Shown here in pieces: positions 19,145 to 29,400 of a stretch of 64,000 bases of DNA. The notes beneath the pieces were generated by a model that was not told the origin of the DNA, searched no databases, and worked only from the letters and a program-made list of their open reading frames with translations. Each line of letters begins with the position of its first letter. Positions within the stretch are counted from its first letter, which is position 1. The position numbers and the translations under genes were made by a program. Source of the DNA: an uncultured Acidobacteriota bacterium (lineage in GTDB: Bacteria > Acidobacteriota > JAQAZP01); assembly GCA_963836075.1 (NCBI GenBank), contig CAWIIB010000009.1, forward strand, positions 2,400,001-2,464,000, in the 5' to 3' direction.

Positions 19145-19513
19145 CTACCCGGCGTTACCGAATCTCCCCGCCAGGGCTTTCCAGGCTGCCGCAACGGGCA
19201 GCGAGGGGAAAGCGGTCTTTTCCAGTTTCACCGTGAACCCCGCGCGCAGCAGCCCTTCCAGCAGGAAAAAGCCGCCGGTCAGGCCCAGGGGCACGGCCTG
19301 CTTCAGGGCGATGGCACTCATTCCCCAGCGGAACAGCACTTCGCGAAGCAGTTGCCAGCCGCAGAATGCTTCCACCACTGACGACATGATGCCCATGGAC
19401 CGCGGGTTCCACCAGGGCAGCCGGGCTTCCAGAAGCCGCTGGCCGTGGGTGGGCAAACCACCGGCAATATACAGGCTCCAGAGCAGCACGCTGAGTGCGG
19501 TCTCCATGGGCAC
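19145..19513 (-). CDS. Hypothetical membrane protein
   Basis: 122-aa ORF co-oriented with neighbours, hydrophobic; no recognised motif. Confidence 0.5.
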   Translation of the reverse strand: MPMETALSVLLWSLYIAGGLPTHGQRLLEARLPWWNPRSMGIMSSVVEAFCGWQLLREVLFRWGMSAIALKQAVPLGLTGGFFLLEGLLRAGFTVKLEKTAFPSLPVAAAWKALAGRFGNAG

Positions 19514-19540
19514 CGAGTTGGTAGCGGGCCTTCGTAGCGG

Positions 19541-19699
19541 TCAGCACCTCGTAAAACCCCGGCACATCAGGCCGAGGACGACCAGGGCAACGGCGAACAC
19601 CATGCAACTGGTGAAGACCGAAATGGTTTTGGTCAGCAGCAGTGTGGCCAGCACCACGGAGATGGCGAGAAGTGCCCGGCCGGCCGTCTTTCTGTTCAT
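19541..19699 (-). CDS. Small 52-aa two-TM hypothetical protein
   Basis: ATG 19699 overlaps the upstream stop (ATGA); MNRKTAGRALLAISVVLATLLLTKTISVFTSCMVFAVALVVLGLMCRGFTRC. Confidence 0.65.
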   Translation of the reverse strand: MNRKTAGRALLAISVVLATLLLTKTISVFTSCMVFAVALVVLGLMCRGFTRC

Positions 19700-20478
19700 C
19701 GTTCCGTACCTCTGGCCGGGGAAACCCCGTCCGGCCAGTTCAGGTCGTCCTCGCCATGCTGGCTGTCGTGGTAGGTCACCACCGGCCGGACCAGCGGATG
19801 GTCGATGAAATCTTTGTAGGTCTCGTCGCCGCGCTCGAAGGCGAACTGGACCCACGTGCGGAGGATGTGTTGTTCCACGTGGACGGGCAGCGGGTCGAAG
19901 GATTCATCGATCTCGAACATCTTGTCCAGCCGGTCCTCCAGCTTGCGGTCCGCTGCGGTGTAGACCCACCTGTCGGAAGGGCCCTTGGTCAGTTCCATCT
20001 CGGTGCAGCCGCGCTTGAGGATCACCGGGGTATCCGGCCCGAAACTCTCGCGCACCGCCGCTTGCACCTCGCGGTAGCGCTGTCTCGCCCCTTCCAGGCC
20101 GCCGTCGATGGGGCAATACCAGTAGGCGCCATAGAGCGCCGGGACGAACTCCCGGATCTCCAGCCCGCATTTGGAGTAGTAGTTCAACTCCTTCTGCACC
20201 TCGCGCATCTTCATCAGGTCGCGGAGGGTCTTCAGCCGTACAACCACCTTGAAACAGCGCTGGCAGTTCCGGGGCAGGAGACCATACAGCCGGAAATAGA
20301 TCTCCCACACCTTGCAGTGGCGGTCCTCGGCCAGCCGGGTGTGCAGCCAGGGCGTGTCACACCCCAGGCTGTCCGGGATGATGATCCTGTCCCCCTTGAG
20401 GATGACCCGGCCTTCCTTGATGTCGTCAATAACCGGCACCAGCAGGTCCTGTGCCGTCCATTCCTCATACAACCCCAT
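19696..20478 (-). CDS. Hypothetical protein with spaced Cys motifs
   Basis: GGAGGT RBS; CQRCFKVVV, SKCGLEIR, YGAYWY, LKRGCTEME. Confidence 0.75.
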   Translation of the reverse strand: MGLYEEWTAQDLLVPVIDDIKEGRVILKGDRIIIPDSLGCDTPWLHTRLAEDRHCKVWEIYFRLYGLLPRNCQRCFKVVVRLKTLRDLMKMREVQKELNYYSKCGLEIREFVPALYGAYWYCPIDGGLEGARQRYREVQAAVRESFGPDTPVILKRGCTEMELTKGPSDRWVYTAADRKLEDRLDKMFEIDESFDPLPVHVEQHILRTWVQFAFERGDETYKDFIDHPLVRPVVTYHDSQHGEDDLNWPDGVSPARGTER

Positions 20479-20563
20479 GACGTTTTACCTCCTTCCCCGG
20501 GTATGCGATCCATCAAACGACTATAAAGCCCACCTCTTTGCCGGCGCAAGGGAAATGGCCCGC

Positions 20564-21091
20564 TCAGGAGGCAAATCGCGGGTCCCCTTCCACGGCGAGA
20601 ATCTCTCCGAAGTAGATCCGGTGGTAGTCCTTTTCCGGGTACTCCTTTCCCACCGCGGGGTCGAGGAAACGGGACGGTTCCAGGTCGTCCCAGTAGATCT
20701 TCCGGCACTCCAGCACCAGCTCCGCTTCGGCAAAACAGGGAGACTCCACCAGCGTCGAGGCCACCGGCGTCAGACCGGTTTCAATGATCTTGTCCCCGTC
20801 GCGGCCCGATTTCGTTCCCAGGATGCCCAGCGCCTTCTTGTGCTTTTTGGGAAAGGCGCTGAGGGTGAAAGTCGGATAGCGCTCGAGGAAGGTAAATGTA
20901 TGGCGGACCGGGCGCACCACTATCTGGGCAAAGGGTTTGTGCCACATAGTCCCCAAGCTGCCCCAGGCCACGGTCATGGTGTTGAAGTCCCCTGTCTTGA
21001 AATCGCCGCAGGTCAGCAGGAACCACTGCTTGTCCCAGATGTGCAGGGAATCCAGACGCAGGTTGTCAAAGGGGATCGGGGTCCGGTTCAT
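20564..21091 (-). CDS. Flavin reductase family protein
   Basis: WFLLTCG, NTMTVAWGSLG, VRPVRHT, GTKSGRDGDK, YHRIYFGEI. Confidence 0.9.
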   Translation of the reverse strand: MNRTPIPFDNLRLDSLHIWDKQWFLLTCGDFKTGDFNTMTVAWGSLGTMWHKPFAQIVVRPVRHTFTFLERYPTFTLSAFPKKHKKALGILGTKSGRDGDKIIETGLTPVASTLVESPCFAEAELVLECRKIYWDDLEPSRFLDPAVGKEYPEKDYHRIYFGEILAVEGDPRFAS

Positions 21092-21128
21092 CGTTCTCTC
21101 ACCTCTCGCTGATAGTGGGGTTGCCGTC

Positions 21129-21515
21129 TCAACTGACCTGGTAGATCTGGATCAGGTTGCCGCAGGTGTCATCGAATGCGGCGAGCACCACGAAACCCTG
21201 GTTGGTCGGCTCGGAGGTGAACACCACCCCCAGCTCTTTCAGCCGGCGGCATTCCTCCTCGATGTCCTCGACCTCGAAGGCGGTGGCGGGGATGCCCGCC
21301 CCGTGCAGGGCCCGCTGGTACTCGGCAGCCGCAGGGTTGGCGTCCGGCTCGAGGACCAGCTGTGCGCCCTGTGGTTCGTCCGGGGACACCACGGTGAGCC
21401 AGCGATGCTTCCCGGCGGGGAAATCGATCTTTTTGCTGAAACCGAGCACCTCGGTGTAGAAACGCAGGGCATGGTCCTGGTCCTGAACGATCACACTGTT
21501 CAGCTTGATTTTCAT
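21129..21515 (-). CDS. VOC/glyoxalase family protein
   Basis: VQDQDHALRFYTEVLGF, RWLTVVSP, LVLEP, FDDTCGNLIQI. Confidence 0.92.
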   Translation of the reverse strand: MKIKLNSVIVQDQDHALRFYTEVLGFSKKIDFPAGKHRWLTVVSPDEPQGAQLVLEPDANPAAAEYQRALHGAGIPATAFEVEDIEEECRRLKELGVVFTSEPTNQGFVVLAAFDDTCGNLIQIYQVS

Positions 21516-21658
21516 TGTCGACTCCTTTGGGCTGGCTCTTTGCCCAGCACCATGATTTCGATTTCGGCCACGGTGTTATTGGTGAAACAGTTCTCTTCGT
21601 ATTCAGGGGCGTGCCCGTTGAAGAACTCGGCCCACTCTGAACCTCGCTGTTCTGTCAT
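21512..21658 (-). pseudogene. 48-aa mini-ORF, probable internally deleted class I methyltransferase remnant
   Basis: Below the ORF-track size cutoff; translates as MTEQRGSEWAEFFNGHAPEYEENCFTNNTVAEIEIMVLGKEPAQRSRQ, with ATGA overlaps to both neighbours. Confidence 0.6.
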
Positions 21659-22809
21659 TGCCGATCCTCGTGCTTCTCCACTCCAAACCACTGCTCGAGC
21701 AACGGTTCCAGCGGCAGCGGGACATCGCTGCGGTTGCTCAGAACGACCACGTAGGCGTCCAGGTGGAGGTAGTAGAGGTTCGCCGCGACGTGACCCATGG
21801 ACCGGCCGAGGTTCCCCTGCACGGGGCCGAAAGGTCCGTCGGCCAGCAGGTAGCCCAGACCGTTGTGAAAGCCGGGCTGCACGGTGCTCATGGCGGTCCA
21901 GGAGGTTTCGCTGAGTAGACCGCCCTGCCGCAGCGCCCGGTGATAGCGCAGCAGGTCGCCGGCGCTGGCCACCACGCTGCCGTCCGCCGAATCGGGCAGC
22001 GCCTCGTCCGCCGACGAGCAGTCAGCCGGTTCGCCCTCTGCCGCACCCCAGTTGGCGGCGCCGCTGTAGCCTCGGGCCCGGTGCCTCTCAGCAGTGGACT
22101 CACCGTAGAGATACATCTGCCGCAGCCCCAGGGTGTGGACGATCTGCTCGTCGAGCAGTGCGGCCAGGGGTTTGCCGGTGAGCGTCCTGATCACCTCGCC
22201 CACCAGCAGTCCGTTGGTGTTGCTGTAGTCCTGCCGGCTGCCCGGTTCGAAGATCGGCGCACGGTCGGGAATGGTGGCCAGCAGATCCGCCGGAGTGCGG
22301 TGCGTTCTGAAAAACTCGGGTATGCCGCCGTCCCCGGCGGCCGCGAAGAGATCGCGGCTCAAGTAGTCCGGTATGCCGGAGGTGTGGTTGAGCAGCATCC
22401 TGATGGTGATCTCTTCTCCGCGGGGCCAGGGCACGAACTCGGACAGCGGGCTTTCCAGGTCCAGACGCCCCTGGTCAACCAGGCGCAAGGCAACAGTGGC
22501 GAAGATATTCTTGGCCACGCTGCCCAGAAAGAACATGGTGTCCGGGGTGACTTCGATCTTGCGGTCACGGTCGGCCAGGCCGGCGCCGGCCACCACGGGT
22601 TCCCCCCCCGTACCGGTGGCGATGGCCACGGACAGGCCGGGGATGTTGTGGTCCGCTTGCAACTGCTCCACCAGGGCCTGGAGTCGCTCCGTTTCCGGGG
22701 CCTCCGTCCCCTCCGGCACGCCCCGCTCAGCCGTAGTGCAGCCGGCCAGGGCCAGGATCAGGATGGCGCTGATCAACACTGGAACCAGCCTTGTTGAGAG
22801 AAGCTTCAT
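21655..22809 (-). CDS. Serine hydrolase (beta-lactamase/DD-peptidase-like) lipoprotein, second paralog
   Basis: Lipobox LAGC; SVAK (SxxK), LLNHTSG, YSNTN; start 22809 or 22821. Confidence 0.88.
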   Translation of the reverse strand: MKLLSTRLVPVLISAILILALAGCTTAERGVPEGTEAPETERLQALVEQLQADHNIPGLSVAIATGTGGEPVVAGAGLADRDRKIEVTPDTMFFLGSVAKNIFATVALRLVDQGRLDLESPLSEFVPWPRGEEITIRMLLNHTSGIPDYLSRDLFAAAGDGGIPEFFRTHRTPADLLATIPDRAPIFEPGSRQDYSNTNGLLVGEVIRTLTGKPLAALLDEQIVHTLGLRQMYLYGESTAERHRARGYSGAANWGAAEGEPADCSSADEALPDSADGSVVASAGDLLRYHRALRQGGLLSETSWTAMSTVQPGFHNGLGYLLADGPFGPVQGNLGRSMGHVAANLYYLHLDAYVVVLSNRSDVPLPLEPLLEQWFGVEKHEDRQ

Positions 22810-22828
22810 GCTCTTATTCACAACTCCA

Positions 22829-23284
22829 TCAAGCGGAGAGAATATCCTGGATGATCCTCAGGTGATGGTTGTTGTGGATCCGGATCAGGCGCAGGGCCCG
22901 GTCCCTCTTCAGGATCCCGAAGGCAAAGTGCTCGAACCAGTTCTGCGGATCCAGGTCTCCGGCTTCGGCCACCAGCTTTTCCGACTGGTCCAGAATGGAC
23001 ACCAGTTCATCAGTTGAGAGCGCGACCTCCGGCACCGAAATCGCGGGAGCCTGGCCTTTCCCCCGCGGAATACGGCCGGAGTGAAAAACGAACGCTGCCG
23101 CCAGCGAGAGCCGTGAAGGGGGCGGAGGCGGGGTTGAGGCGGCCAGTGCCTGGCAGATCTCGATCATGGCCAGGCCGCAGTGGTGGATGTGCATGCCGGT
23201 GGACCAGCCCGATACGGCAGGGGCCTGCCTGTCAGCAGCGGATACAGCATCCCGTAAACCTTCGAGCCCTGTCTTTTTCAGCAT
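22829..23284 (-). CDS. DinB-like (DUF1569-like) protein
   Basis: SGWSTGMHIHH, FEHFAFG, IHNNHHLRIIQDIL. Confidence 0.75.
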   Translation of the reverse strand: MLKKTGLEGLRDAVSAADRQAPAVSGWSTGMHIHHCGLAMIEICQALAASTPPPPPSRLSLAAAFVFHSGRIPRGKGQAPAISVPEVALSTDELVSILDQSEKLVAEAGDLDPQNWFEHFAFGILKRDRALRLIRIHNNHHLRIIQDILSA

Positions 23285-23379
23285 GGTTCAGTTGCTCCTC
23301 GTGAAGCGCCACTGTACATGTTCGTTCGATAAAACCAGTATCTTACAGCATTCCGAGTCGCTAAAAGGACCGTCTCGAA

Positions 23380-23931
23380 CTAATTGTCCCGAGTGTGGGA
23401 GGCACCAGTGCCGGGCGATGTCCTCGGCGGGCGCTGGGGGCGTGCTTTGCCGGCCGTGAACACCCAGCGTAGCAACCGCACCCATGCCGGCCATTTGACC
23501 ACGGTGGGTTCCTGCCCCAGCGACGCCTGGGCGCGGGCCAGGGCGTCCTCCATCAGGGCGTCGTGCAGCGGCCTGAACAGAACCGGCCAGGTGAGCAGGG
23601 CCGGGCCGCTGGTGCGCATGTCGACGGTGTGCCGGAGTACGGTACCGTCCGCGGCGTCTGTCAGAACATCGAAGCCGTGCCAGCCATCAAAGCCGGCCGG
23701 TCCGAGGAAGCGGAAGCGGATGCTCTTGCCGGGCTGGTATTCTTCCACCCGGTAACGTATCGGCCCGTGTCCGCCGGTTGCGCCAACCGACAACGACCGA
23801 TCGAAGGCCATGGTTGGCCAGAGGTCCCCGGGCCACAGCAGGTCTTTGGGGGAGGCCAGGGTGTCGATCAGGGCGCCGACATCCCCGGGCGGGAGAGCAA
23901 AGGTCCGTTGATGGATGTTCAATACGTTCAA
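23380..23931 (-). CDS. SRPBCC superfamily protein
   Basis: NIHQR, GGHGPIRYRVEEYQPG, RPLHDALMEDAL. Confidence 0.78.
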   Translation of the reverse strand: MNVLNIHQRTFALPPGDVGALIDTLASPKDLLWPGDLWPTMAFDRSLSVGATGGHGPIRYRVEEYQPGKSIRFRFLGPAGFDGWHGFDVLTDAADGTVLRHTVDMRTSGPALLTWPVLFRPLHDALMEDALARAQASLGQEPTVVKWPAWVRLLRWVFTAGKARPQRPPRTSPGTGASHTRDN

Positions 23932-23994
23932 GGGACGATCATCCCTCCTTCAGTTCCTCCCTGGCCAGGGCCGGGTATCTGATGGACGACTATC

Positions 23995-24246
23995 TCAACA
24001 TCCGCAGTTCAAGATCAGCAGGGCGATGAAGGGCACGACATTGAAGATAATGAACATGATTTTGAAAAACCCGAGGAAGCAGTAGATCACCACGTTGTAC
24101 GTTTCCCGGGGCATGGGGAAAAAAGTGCTTTGCAGGCGGTAGACGAGGCCCGGCGTAAAAAGGATGAACACGGACCAGAAGATCAGCAGCCCGCCGTTGA
24201 TGATGGTGCACCACTTGAAAAAGTTGGTGAGAGCTTGAAGATCCAT
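23995..24246 (-). CDS. Small membrane protein (DUF6868-like)
   Basis: GAGGAGG RBS; FFKWCTIINGGLL, YCFLGFFKI, FNVVPFIAL. Confidence 0.78.
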   Translation of the reverse strand: MDLQALTNFFKWCTIINGGLLIFWSVFILFTPGLVYRLQSTFFPMPRETYNVVIYCFLGFFKIMFIIFNVVPFIALLILNCGC

Positions 24247-24408
24247 GGTGTTCCTCCTCGTTTGATCGTTGCTTTTCCATCGCGGATTGTCCGTTCCCCT
24301 CGCACGTCCTCAGGCTGAACGTCCCGATATCCGCATGATGCAACATGGGTTGCCGATCCAATCTGTCGAGGATACCCCTGGAGCGTCCGGAAGAAAAGTG
24401 GAGCTGGG

Positions 24409-25029
24409 TCACTGTTTTTCCAGAAGCAGGGCGCAGAACTCGCTGAGCATCAGGGTGCTTCTGGTGCCGCAGCCAAGCCGCTCGTAGCGTTTTTTTACGT
24501 CGAAGGCCTGTTCGTGAAGAATGCCGGAGAGGACCATCGGGGCGCCCGGCCGTGCCCGGGAAACCAGCGATTCGGCCTCGGCCAGCAGGATGTCACCGTA
24601 GATGTTGGCCAGCACCAGGTCATGGGTGCCCTCCGGGGCGTCGGCCAGGGTGCCGAGGTGGGTGGTGAATTGCCGGGCGACCCCATTCAGAGCGGCGTTG
24701 CGGCGGCAGGAGGCAACCGCATCCGGATCGTTGTCGATGCAGAGAGCATGGGCGGCGCCCAGTTTGACCGCGGCGATGGCCAGGATGCCGGTGCCGCTGC
24801 CCAGGTCGAGGACCGATGTCCCGGCGTCCATGGGTAGGCCGGCCAGCAGTTCCAGGCAGGCGGCGGTTGTCTCGTGCTCGCCCGAGCCGAAGGCGCCGGG
24901 GGCCATTCGCAACCGGGTCAGGCCTTCGCCGGCCGGCTGGTCATGGTCCGGGGGGACGATGAGGAAACGCCCGCCGATGGTGAAAGGGTCAAAAACCCGG
25001 CCTGGTTGTTCGCGGGGTGTGCGGTTCAT
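24409..25029 (-). CDS. prmA: 50S ribosomal protein L11 methyltransferase-like (short form, no N-terminal domain)
   Basis: GAFGSGEHETT, VLDLGSGTGILAIAA, DND, LANI, LSGIL. Confidence 0.78.
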   Translation of the reverse strand: MNRTPREQPGRVFDPFTIGGRFLIVPPDHDQPAGEGLTRLRMAPGAFGSGEHETTAACLELLAGLPMDAGTSVLDLGSGTGILAIAAVKLGAAHALCIDNDPDAVASCRRNAALNGVARQFTTHLGTLADAPEGTHDLVLANIYGDILLAEAESLVSRARPGAPMVLSGILHEQAFDVKKRYERLGCGTRSTLMLSEFCALLLEKQ

Positions 25030-25256
25030 TGCCCGTGCCGATCGATTGTGCCGCAGAACCAATTCCCCGGCACTCCGTTATAATGTTACTGTAATCCGGG
25101 TCTGGATCACACCGGCTTTGTGCGCCCGGGAAGGGTTGCCCAAAGGCCTTGATCTTTTTGCTGAAATACTTGAGGATATTCTTTTTTGGCCATCAATACA
25201 GCCGGCACCCCGGTGATCTTCGGGGGCCGGCAATCGAACGTCTGAGGAGCCGATAC

Positions 25257-26408
25257 ATGACGACGCAGCCATCGATCCGCCGGTTCACCATCCTGTACCA
25301 GGCGGCCCTGCCGCTTCTGGCGCTGGTCATCCTGCTGGCCGGCGGTTGCGGGGGCGGCCAGCAACCCGCCGCCGGCGGCCAAGGACCGGGGGCGGGGATG
25401 GGTCACGGTGGAGGGCCCGGGGGGAAGCCGGTGATGCCCGAGGCACCTGTTTCGGTGGAGGCGGTGAGCCGTGGCGACCTGGCCAGCTACTACAGCGCCA
25501 ACGCCACCCTGGAGGCGGACAAGGAGGCCGAGGTGCTGGCCCGCATCTCCGGGGTGGTGCTGGAGTTGAAGGCCGAGGAGGGGGATTTCGTCCGCCGGGG
25601 AGCCCTGCTGCTGGCCATCGAGGAGGATGAATACCGCCACCGGCTGACCCAGGCCGAGGTGGAAGCCGAGAACCAGCGTTCCCGTTTCGAGCGGGCGGAG
25701 AAGATGTTCGAGCAGAACCTGGTCTCCGCCGAAGATTTTGACTCGGCGCGTCGCGACCTGCGCACCGCCGAGGCGGCGCTGCAGTTGTCGGCCTACGAAC
25801 TGTCCCTGGCCCGGGTCACCGCGCCGTTCACCGGCCGGGTCACCGTCCGTTCGGTGGACCTGGGGGAGAATGTTTCCAACGGCACCCCTCTCTTCACCCT
25901 GGTGGACATGCGGCGCCTGCTGGCCCGGGTCCAGGTGCCGGCGCGGGAATTCCGGTCAATCAGTCTCGACCAGCCGGTGGTGCTCACCGTCGATTCCAGC
26001 GGCGACCGGCTCGCCGGGATCATCGAGCTGGTCAGCCCGGTGATCGACGCCACCAGCGGCACGATCAAGGTCACCGTGGCGGTCACCGATTTCCCGGCCT
26101 CCACCCGGCCCGGGGACTTTGCCGAGGTGGCCATCGAGACCGACCGACACCTCGACACCCTGCTGGTGCCGCGCATTGCGGTGGTCAGCGAGAAGGGCGA
26201 GCAGGTGGTCTTTGTGGCCGAGGAGGGCAGGGCGGTGCGCCGGCTGGTCACCGTCGGCTTCCAGGACGACGAGCACTCCGAGATCCTCGACGGCCTGGCT
26301 GAAGGGGAGATGGTGGTGATCCAGGGCCAGCGGTCGCTGAAGGACGGCCAGCCGCTGAAGATCCTGGAGAAGATGGACTTCACTGAAGAAGAGAAGGACC
26401 ACTCCTGA
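25257..26408 (+). CDS. RND efflux periplasmic adaptor (MFP) subunit, lipoprotein
   Basis: GAGGAG RBS, ATG 25257; lipobox LAGGC; ARISGVV, AEEGDFV, APFTGRV, SPVIDATSGT. Confidence 0.92.
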   Translation: MTTQPSIRRFTILYQAALPLLALVILLAGGCGGGQQPAAGGQGPGAGMGHGGGPGGKPVMPEAPVSVEAVSRGDLASYYSANATLEADKEAEVLARISGVVLELKAEEGDFVRRGALLLAIEEDEYRHRLTQAEVEAENQRSRFERAEKMFEQNLVSAEDFDSARRDLRTAEAALQLSAYELSLARVTAPFTGRVTVRSVDLGENVSNGTPLFTLVDMRRLLARVQVPAREFRSISLDQPVVLTVDSSGDRLAGIIELVSPVIDATSGTIKVTVAVTDFPASTRPGDFAEVAIETDRHLDTLLVPRIAVVSEKGEQVVFVAEEGRAVRRLVTVGFQDDEHSEILDGLAEGEMVVIQGQRSLKDGQPLKILEKMDFTEEEKDHS

Positions 26409-29400
26409 TGCACGGTTTCGTCTCCCTCGCAGTGCGCCGCCGGGTGGCCGTGCTGATGGCCGCCCTGGCCATGGCCGCCTTCGGCGTGGTGGGCTACCAG
26501 CGGCTTTCACTGGACCTGCTGCCCGACATCTCCTATCCCTCGCTCACCGTGCAGACCGAGTTCCCCGACACCGCTCCGGCCGAGGTGGAGAACCTGATCA
26601 CCCGCCCGGTGGAGGAGGCGGTGGGCGTGCTCAAGGGTCTGCGCTCGATTCACTCCGTCTCCCGTCCCGGCATCTCCGAGGTGACCCTGGAGTTCGACTG
26701 GGGCTCGGACATGGACATGCTCTCCCTGGACGTGCGGGAGGACCTGGACCGGCTGATCCTGCCCGAAGAGGCCGAGGACCCGATCGTCCTCCGTTTCGAT
26801 CCCTCCCTCGACCCGATGATGCGCATCGCCCTCGGCGGCACCGACAACCTCACCGAGAGCCGGCGGCTGGCTGACCGCAAGCTGAAACAGGACTTCGAGA
26901 CGATTCTCGGGGTGGCCTCGGCGCGGATCAAGGGCGGGCTGGAGGAGGAGATCCAGATCGACGTGGACCAGGAGCGGCTGGCCGCCCTGGGTATGCCCCT
27001 GGACCGGATACGCGATGGTGGTGGGCATCTCCAACGTCAACCTGCCCGGCGGTTCGCTGCGCGGGGAGGAGAACCAGTTCCTGATCCGCACGGTCAACGA
27101 GTTCGAGTCGGTGGAGGAGATCGCCGGGCTGGTGCTGCGCCGGGACGGCAACTCGATCCTGCGGGTGGGGGACGTGGCCGAGGTGCGCTGGGGGGCCAGG
27201 GAGCGGGAGGAGATCACCCGGGTGGGCGGGGTGGAGAGCGTGGAGATCTCGGTCTACAAGGAGGGCGACGCCAACATCGTCACCACCGCCCGGGATGTCC
27301 GCGAGCGTCTGCCCGAGATCCAGGCCCTGCTGCCCGAGGGCTACCAGCTGACGCTGCTCTTCGACCAGTCGCGGTTCATCGAGCAAGCGGTGAGCGAGGT
27401 GCGCAGCGCGGCCCTGGTCGGCGGCCTGCTGGCGATCATTGTCCTCTTCGCCTTCCTGCGGGATTTCCGCTCGCACGCTGATCATCGCCACCTCCATCCC
27501 GCTGTCGATCCTGGCCACCTTCATCGCCATGTACCGCATGGACGTCTCGCTGAACATCATGAGTCTCGGCGGGCTGACCCTGGGCATCGGCATGCTGGTG
27601 GACAACGCCATCGTGGTTCTGGAGTCGATCTTCCGCAAGCGTGACGAGGGCCTGGGCCTGACCCGGGCCGCGGTGGAGGGCACCGTGGAGGTGGGCGGGG
27701 CGGTGGCCGCCTCCACCTTCACCACCGTGGCCGTTTTCCTGCCCATCGTTTTCGTGGAGGGGATCGCCGGCCAGCTCTTCGGCGACATGGCCCTCACCGT
27801 GACCTTCAGCCTGCTGGCCTCGCTGCTGGTGGCGGTGACCCTGATCCCCATGCTCAGTGCGGTGGGCCGGGAAGGGAACGGCAGAGGCCCCGGCCACCCG
27901 CCGGAAGCCAGAGACGGGGGCCATGAGCCTCGGCTTCTTTTCCCGGGCCTACGACCGCCTGCTCCGCGGGGCGCTGCGCCTGCGCTGGCTGACCATCCTC
28001 TTTGCCGCGGCGATCTTTGCCCTCGCCCTGGGCGGGGTGCGGCTGCTGGACACCGAGCTGATCCCGGCGATCAGCGAGGGCGAGTTCTTCTTCGAGGCCA
28101 CCATGCCCGAGGGGACGCCGGTGGCCGCCACCGACCGGGTGATCCGGCGCATGGAGGAGGCGGCCGCCGCCGAACCGGGAGTGGCGACCTACTACTCCAC
28201 CGCCGGCAGCCGGCTGGTTTCCGGGGGGATGACCCTGAACACCAAGGCCGAGCATTTCGGCCAGCTCAACGTGGTCCTGGCCGACCGGCGGGACGAGGCG
28301 GCCGAGGAGGCCCTGGTCCAGCGGATGCGGCAGTCCTTCGCCACCATCCCCGAGCTGCTGGCCAAGCACGGCAAGCCGACCTACTTCAGCCTGAAGACCC
28401 CGGTGGAGGTGATCCTGTTCAGCGAGGACCTGCGAGCTGCTGGAGACTTACGGCGGCCGGCTGGAGGCGGCCCTGGAACGGGTGCCCGGCCTGGTGGACC
28501 TCCGCTCGTCGCTGGAGGAGGGGAACCCCGAGCTGCAGATCATCTTCGACCGTGAGCGGCTGGCCGCCCTGGGTCTGGACATGCGCGACCATGTCCGAGA
28601 CCCTCCGCGACCGGGTGCAGGGCGTGGTGCCCACCCGCTTCAAGGAGGAGGACCGGCAGATCGACATCCGGGTGCGCAACCGCGAGGAGGACCGCCAGAA
28701 CCTGAGCGACGTGCGCAACCTGGTGATCCCCGGGCCGGACGGCCAGCCGCATCCGCCTGCTCACCGTGGCCGAGGTGCGCGAGGACCGCGGACCGGCGGA
28801 GATCCACCGGGTGCAGCAGCAGCGGGCGGCGATCATCAGCGGCAACTGCCGCGGCCGGGGCCTCGGCGCGGTGGTGGACGACATCGAGCGGTCATCGACG
28901 AGGTCCCGCCACCACTGGGGGTGGCGGTGGAGCTGGGCGGCCAGAGCGAGGAGATGCAGGTCTCCTTCGCCAGCCTGCGCTTCGCCCTGCTGCTGGCCGT
29001 CTTCCTGGTCTACCTGGTGATGGCCGCCACCTTCGAGTCGCTGGTCCACCCCTTCATGGTGCTCTTCACCATCCCCCTGGCCCTGGTGGGTGTGGTGATC
29101 GGCCTGCTGCTCACCGGCACCGCAGATCAGCGTCATCGTGCTCATCGGCGCGGTGATGCTGGTGGGCATCGTGGTCAACAACGCCATCGTGCTCATCGAC
29201 AAGGTCAACCGGCTGCGGCGGGAGGGGATGGAGCAAGCTGGAGGCGCGTGGTCACCGGCCTGCCACGTCCGTCTCCGTCCGATCCTGATGACCACCCTGA
29301 CCACCGTGCTCGGTCTGACCCCCATGGCCCTCTCCATCGGCGAGGGGGCCGAGCTGCGGGCGCCGCTGGCCATCACCGTCTCCTTCGGCCTCGTCTTCGC

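Noticed and set aside
19145-19699. Selenocysteine or readthrough at the TGA (19541-19543) joining two in-frame ORFs after a Cys codon
   Set aside because: No convincing SECIS hairpin after the TGA and no redox-enzyme context; two separate small membrane proteins is the simpler reading.
969-25029. Classical integron cassette array
   Set aside because: No tyrosine integrase, no recurring RYYYAAC...GTTRRRY attC elements seen by eye, and many genes overlap, leaving no room for attC sites.
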